Of a DNA stretch of 64,000 bases, positions 61,098 through 64,000 are shown in pieces. How positions within the stretch are numbered: position 1 is the first letter of the stretch; every line of letters begins with the position of its first letter. The notes under the pieces are model-generated. The model did no database searches, was not told the DNA's origin, and worked only from the letters and a program-made list of their open reading frames with translations. The translations under genes and the position numbers were made by a program. The DNA lies in contig MU008160.1 in assembly GCA_010909165.1 (NCBI GenBank), positions 1,736,001-1,800,000 of the forward strand, given 5' to 3'. The stretch is from Anthoceros angustus (lineage: Eukaryota; Plantae; Anthocerotophyta).

Positions 61098-62589
61098 TGC
61101 AGTCTAGGAGGCCTTATGAGTAGGATGAGGCCACGTTTTCATGGTAGTTGAAGAATTACATGAATCTTGCATTTCTCAAAGAACGTGGTTTAAATGCTAG
61201 ACAATGAATGAAGATCATTTGTGTTTTATTAAATACGGACAATGGGTCTTTGACAAGGTCGCAAGATGATTAGGGTGGTGCGTTTGTATATCAAAAGTTA
61301 AAGGACGGTAGTGCGTGATTTGCATCGGCAGTGAACTTGCGGGGTTACGACCTGCCGTGCGGCACGCTAAGAATAGGGTCAGATTCAGACTTGATTTTGA
61401 TGTGGGTGCCGAAGGCCTGCCGGGACATACCAAGGCACTTTTATAGCTTGTACATCTCTTTTCTTAACTGGATTTATATGAGTGCATTTAAGCATGACGT
61501 GGGGCGTTCTGGTATACCGCCCTCCCCTCACATTCATGTAAACGGATGAAGCCAAATGCAACCATTCAGAGGTGCACGGGTGAGAGACACAAGAAGATTC
61601 TGTAGAACCTTAGTTGTGTTCAAACGCTGCGTATATGCACTTCTGGGCGACACACACATGAGTCGGAACATGATGGAAGGACAAGAGAATCACGAGAAAT
61701 TTGTGCTTAAATATCCCACAAACATGTCCAAGTCGCCTCCGCTTTGGAGTACATGTTACAACTCATAGACCACCCGCATGCGGGTAAATGGATTCCAAAT
61801 TTTGGCGATTGTAAATGGGGTACAAGTTTATAATGACAATAAATGAAGACTTCCATTGTTCCATCGGATCGAGTGTTGGCAGATTCGTGGATCCCAGCAT
61901 GTAAGTCCATGATTTTGGTGTATCTAAGTTTTCGCCGATTTTTACAGGAAAAAATGGTTTGTTTTGCATAAAAGCCCAAAATAGCGGAATAAGCCGTTTT
62001 TCCCTAGACACTGTTCATTGTCCGGTTGTCTAGCCACCTACAGTTCAGCGTTTGACATGTGCCTCTAGGGCTTCCTCTAGCGTGGCCGCGAACCTTTTAC
62101 CCAATACTTGGGCTTGTCCTTCTTGTTGTGGGGATCCTACCGTCCTGCTCCAAAGATTCGGATTTCTGGCACATAGTGTGCACGCCAGCAGATGCTTGCA
62201 AGCTTCCCTTGTTCGTGTCGCATAGCCCGGCCCTACTTCCGCATAATAATTACCTTCAACAACCTCGGCGCACTGCGAATTGGGCCTTCCAAAACTTGTT
62301 CTTCATGCCGTGCCTCGAGCCCGCGAACACCCCGACACACCGAGGAGGTAGAATTTCTCGTCTGCCCGCACGAGACTATAGTTCCTGTGCTCCAACTCTC
62401 GTGACCCCGAGCACAAGTGACTAGTCTTGATGAATGCTTCGTTTGGTCGCCTTTGAGCCTTCCGCCTGGCCTCTACTCCCAGAGCGGTCCCCATCCCTCG
62501 GCAGCCTTTCACTATTACCATGCCGCACCAAACCCGTGCCCACCCCACTCACATTTCCAGCCAGACACCTCCACCCCACCGCCTCCACG

Positions 62590-63005
62590 ACATGTGTCCT
62601 TGTCCACTTCAGTCCATCATCCTTCGCCTCATGAGATGTGTCCTCATTCTCCACCTCGTGTGTCCCTATCCACCTCAAGTGGGGCCTTCTCAACCTCAAG
62701 TGTGTCATTCTCCACCTCATGTGTGGCATTTGTCCGTCGTGTGTGGCCTTCTCACGATGCCCTCCATGTCCACCTCAAGCGTGTCCTTGTCCACCTCTAG
62801 TGTGGCCTTCTCAACCCGAGCTATGTCATTCTCCACCTCATGTGTGGCACTTTTACGCCTGTGTGTGGCCTTCACCTCGTAGCTCCCCCACCTCATGTGT
62901 GTCCTTGTCCACCTCAAATGTGGCATTCTCCACTATAAGTGTGGCCTTTTCCGCCTGGATGTGGCCTTCTTCACCTCATGCGGCTCATTCTCCACCTCCT
63001 CATTG
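62590..63005. repeat. ~21-bp degenerate tandem array (tccacctcatgtgtggcc)
   Basis: Direct reading, more than 12 units. Confidence 0.85.
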
Positions 63006-63385
63006 CCGCCTCGTGGGCGTTGTTGCAAAGTTGTCCAAAACTTCGCATCATGTAAAAGTCATCAAGTGCTTGGGGTTGGATGTCGCCCACTAAGCCGCCA
63101 ACCACGCCATCACCTCCATGAACCTCCCGATGCCTCCCCACACCGCACCTCGTTCCACGCCCACCGGGTCTTCTGATCCGCCTGCAGTCATCAACCCGCA
63201 GCAATTCCATTGTTGCAACCTTCTCGAGGCCTACACCGATTGACCTTGCATTGAGTCGTTTTTCACCGAGGGCGGGTCCAAGCACCCCTCTTCTGCGACC
63301 GCACGCCAAAATCGGTAAGAGCCGCCGGGTAACAGAGTGGCCGTGTTCAATGGGAACACGGATCGCACTTGTCACGACCAATTTT

Positions 63386-64000
63386 TCATAGCAAGCCGAA
63401 AAACGATGATAGCATTAGACTTTGGAGGAAAGCAACACGTGCAAAGGAGAACCCTATTCCTCGGCACACACCCTCTACACACACTGGAGATGCCCGCATG
63501 TCCTGGCGGTGGCTACGGCGGATCTTCTCAAGGCGGGACAGCAATGCATCCGGATCCTTTACCAGCTCAAGGTACTCAGATTTCCACTCCTTGAGCTGTT
63601 CACTGCACCACGCCTCTGGTACTGTTCCCTGCGGAAGGTCCCAACCTTTGCGACATACCACCGGGTGTCCACATCCATGCTGCAGTCTTCCAGGGCACAT
63701 GTCTTGTTGGTCCGCAAATGGGAAAAAAGGCAAAATTCATGGTACATATGCCCGCACGAGAGCAAAACCTGCTCATTGCAGCCAAACCACCTGCAATGAC
63801 ACGCACTCAATGAGAAACAAGGTGGACACCGCCTGCATAAGAAAACAGATCCGCGACAATCGAAAGAATACCTTGCGCATAGGCAAGCATTCACGAATTG
63901 TTGGTCTGGCCGTCCGCTCCAATGGCGCTGGAAGGAAGTTGGTGCGACCAGCCTCCTTCCACTTCAACATCCATGACCGCTGCAAGAGACTTGAGGATGT
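63386..64000 (-). pseudogene. RING-finger-containing ORF fragment, probably TE-associated; 5' end outside the window
   Basis: C..C(h)CRWFGCNEQVLLSCGHMYHEFCLFSHLRTNKTCALEDC fits a RING-H2-like spacing. Confidence 0.55.

Overview
Eukaryotic plant DNA with short GT-AG/GC-AG introns. The gene and TE repertoire suggests a non-seed land plant (inference). The left 15.5 kb holds two intact host genes on the minus strand: a kinesin-14 that runs off the left edge, and an 11-exon HMA2/3/4-type P1B Zn/Cd ATPase with an unusual ~250-aa His-rich N-terminal extension. Between them lie a spliced pseudogene with uracil-DNA-glycosylase-like motifs and a CRE-type RLE non-LTR fragment. From ~15.7 kb to the end is a nested TE cluster: a Ty3/gypsy whose integrase ends in a PHD finger, ORF-bearing long-LTR-like inserts, a Ty1/copia split by a 4-bp-TSD TIR element and by an inversion, two chromoviruses, a young full-length copia carrying a spliced antisense gene, and Sola2-like and Sola1/DUF7869-like transposases. 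The most striking item lies between the two Sola-type transposases: a degraded or error-ridden gene with a ParB/Srx-like domain followed by beta-class N6A/N4C DNA-methyltransferase motifs, next to a Myb/SANT-like gene. This is a candidate plant DNA transposon carrying a prokaryote-type amino-methyltransferase. Much of 31-60 kb shows indel noise typical of under-polished long-read consensus, so frameshifts there may not be biological. All family assignments are by eye; no database search was run.
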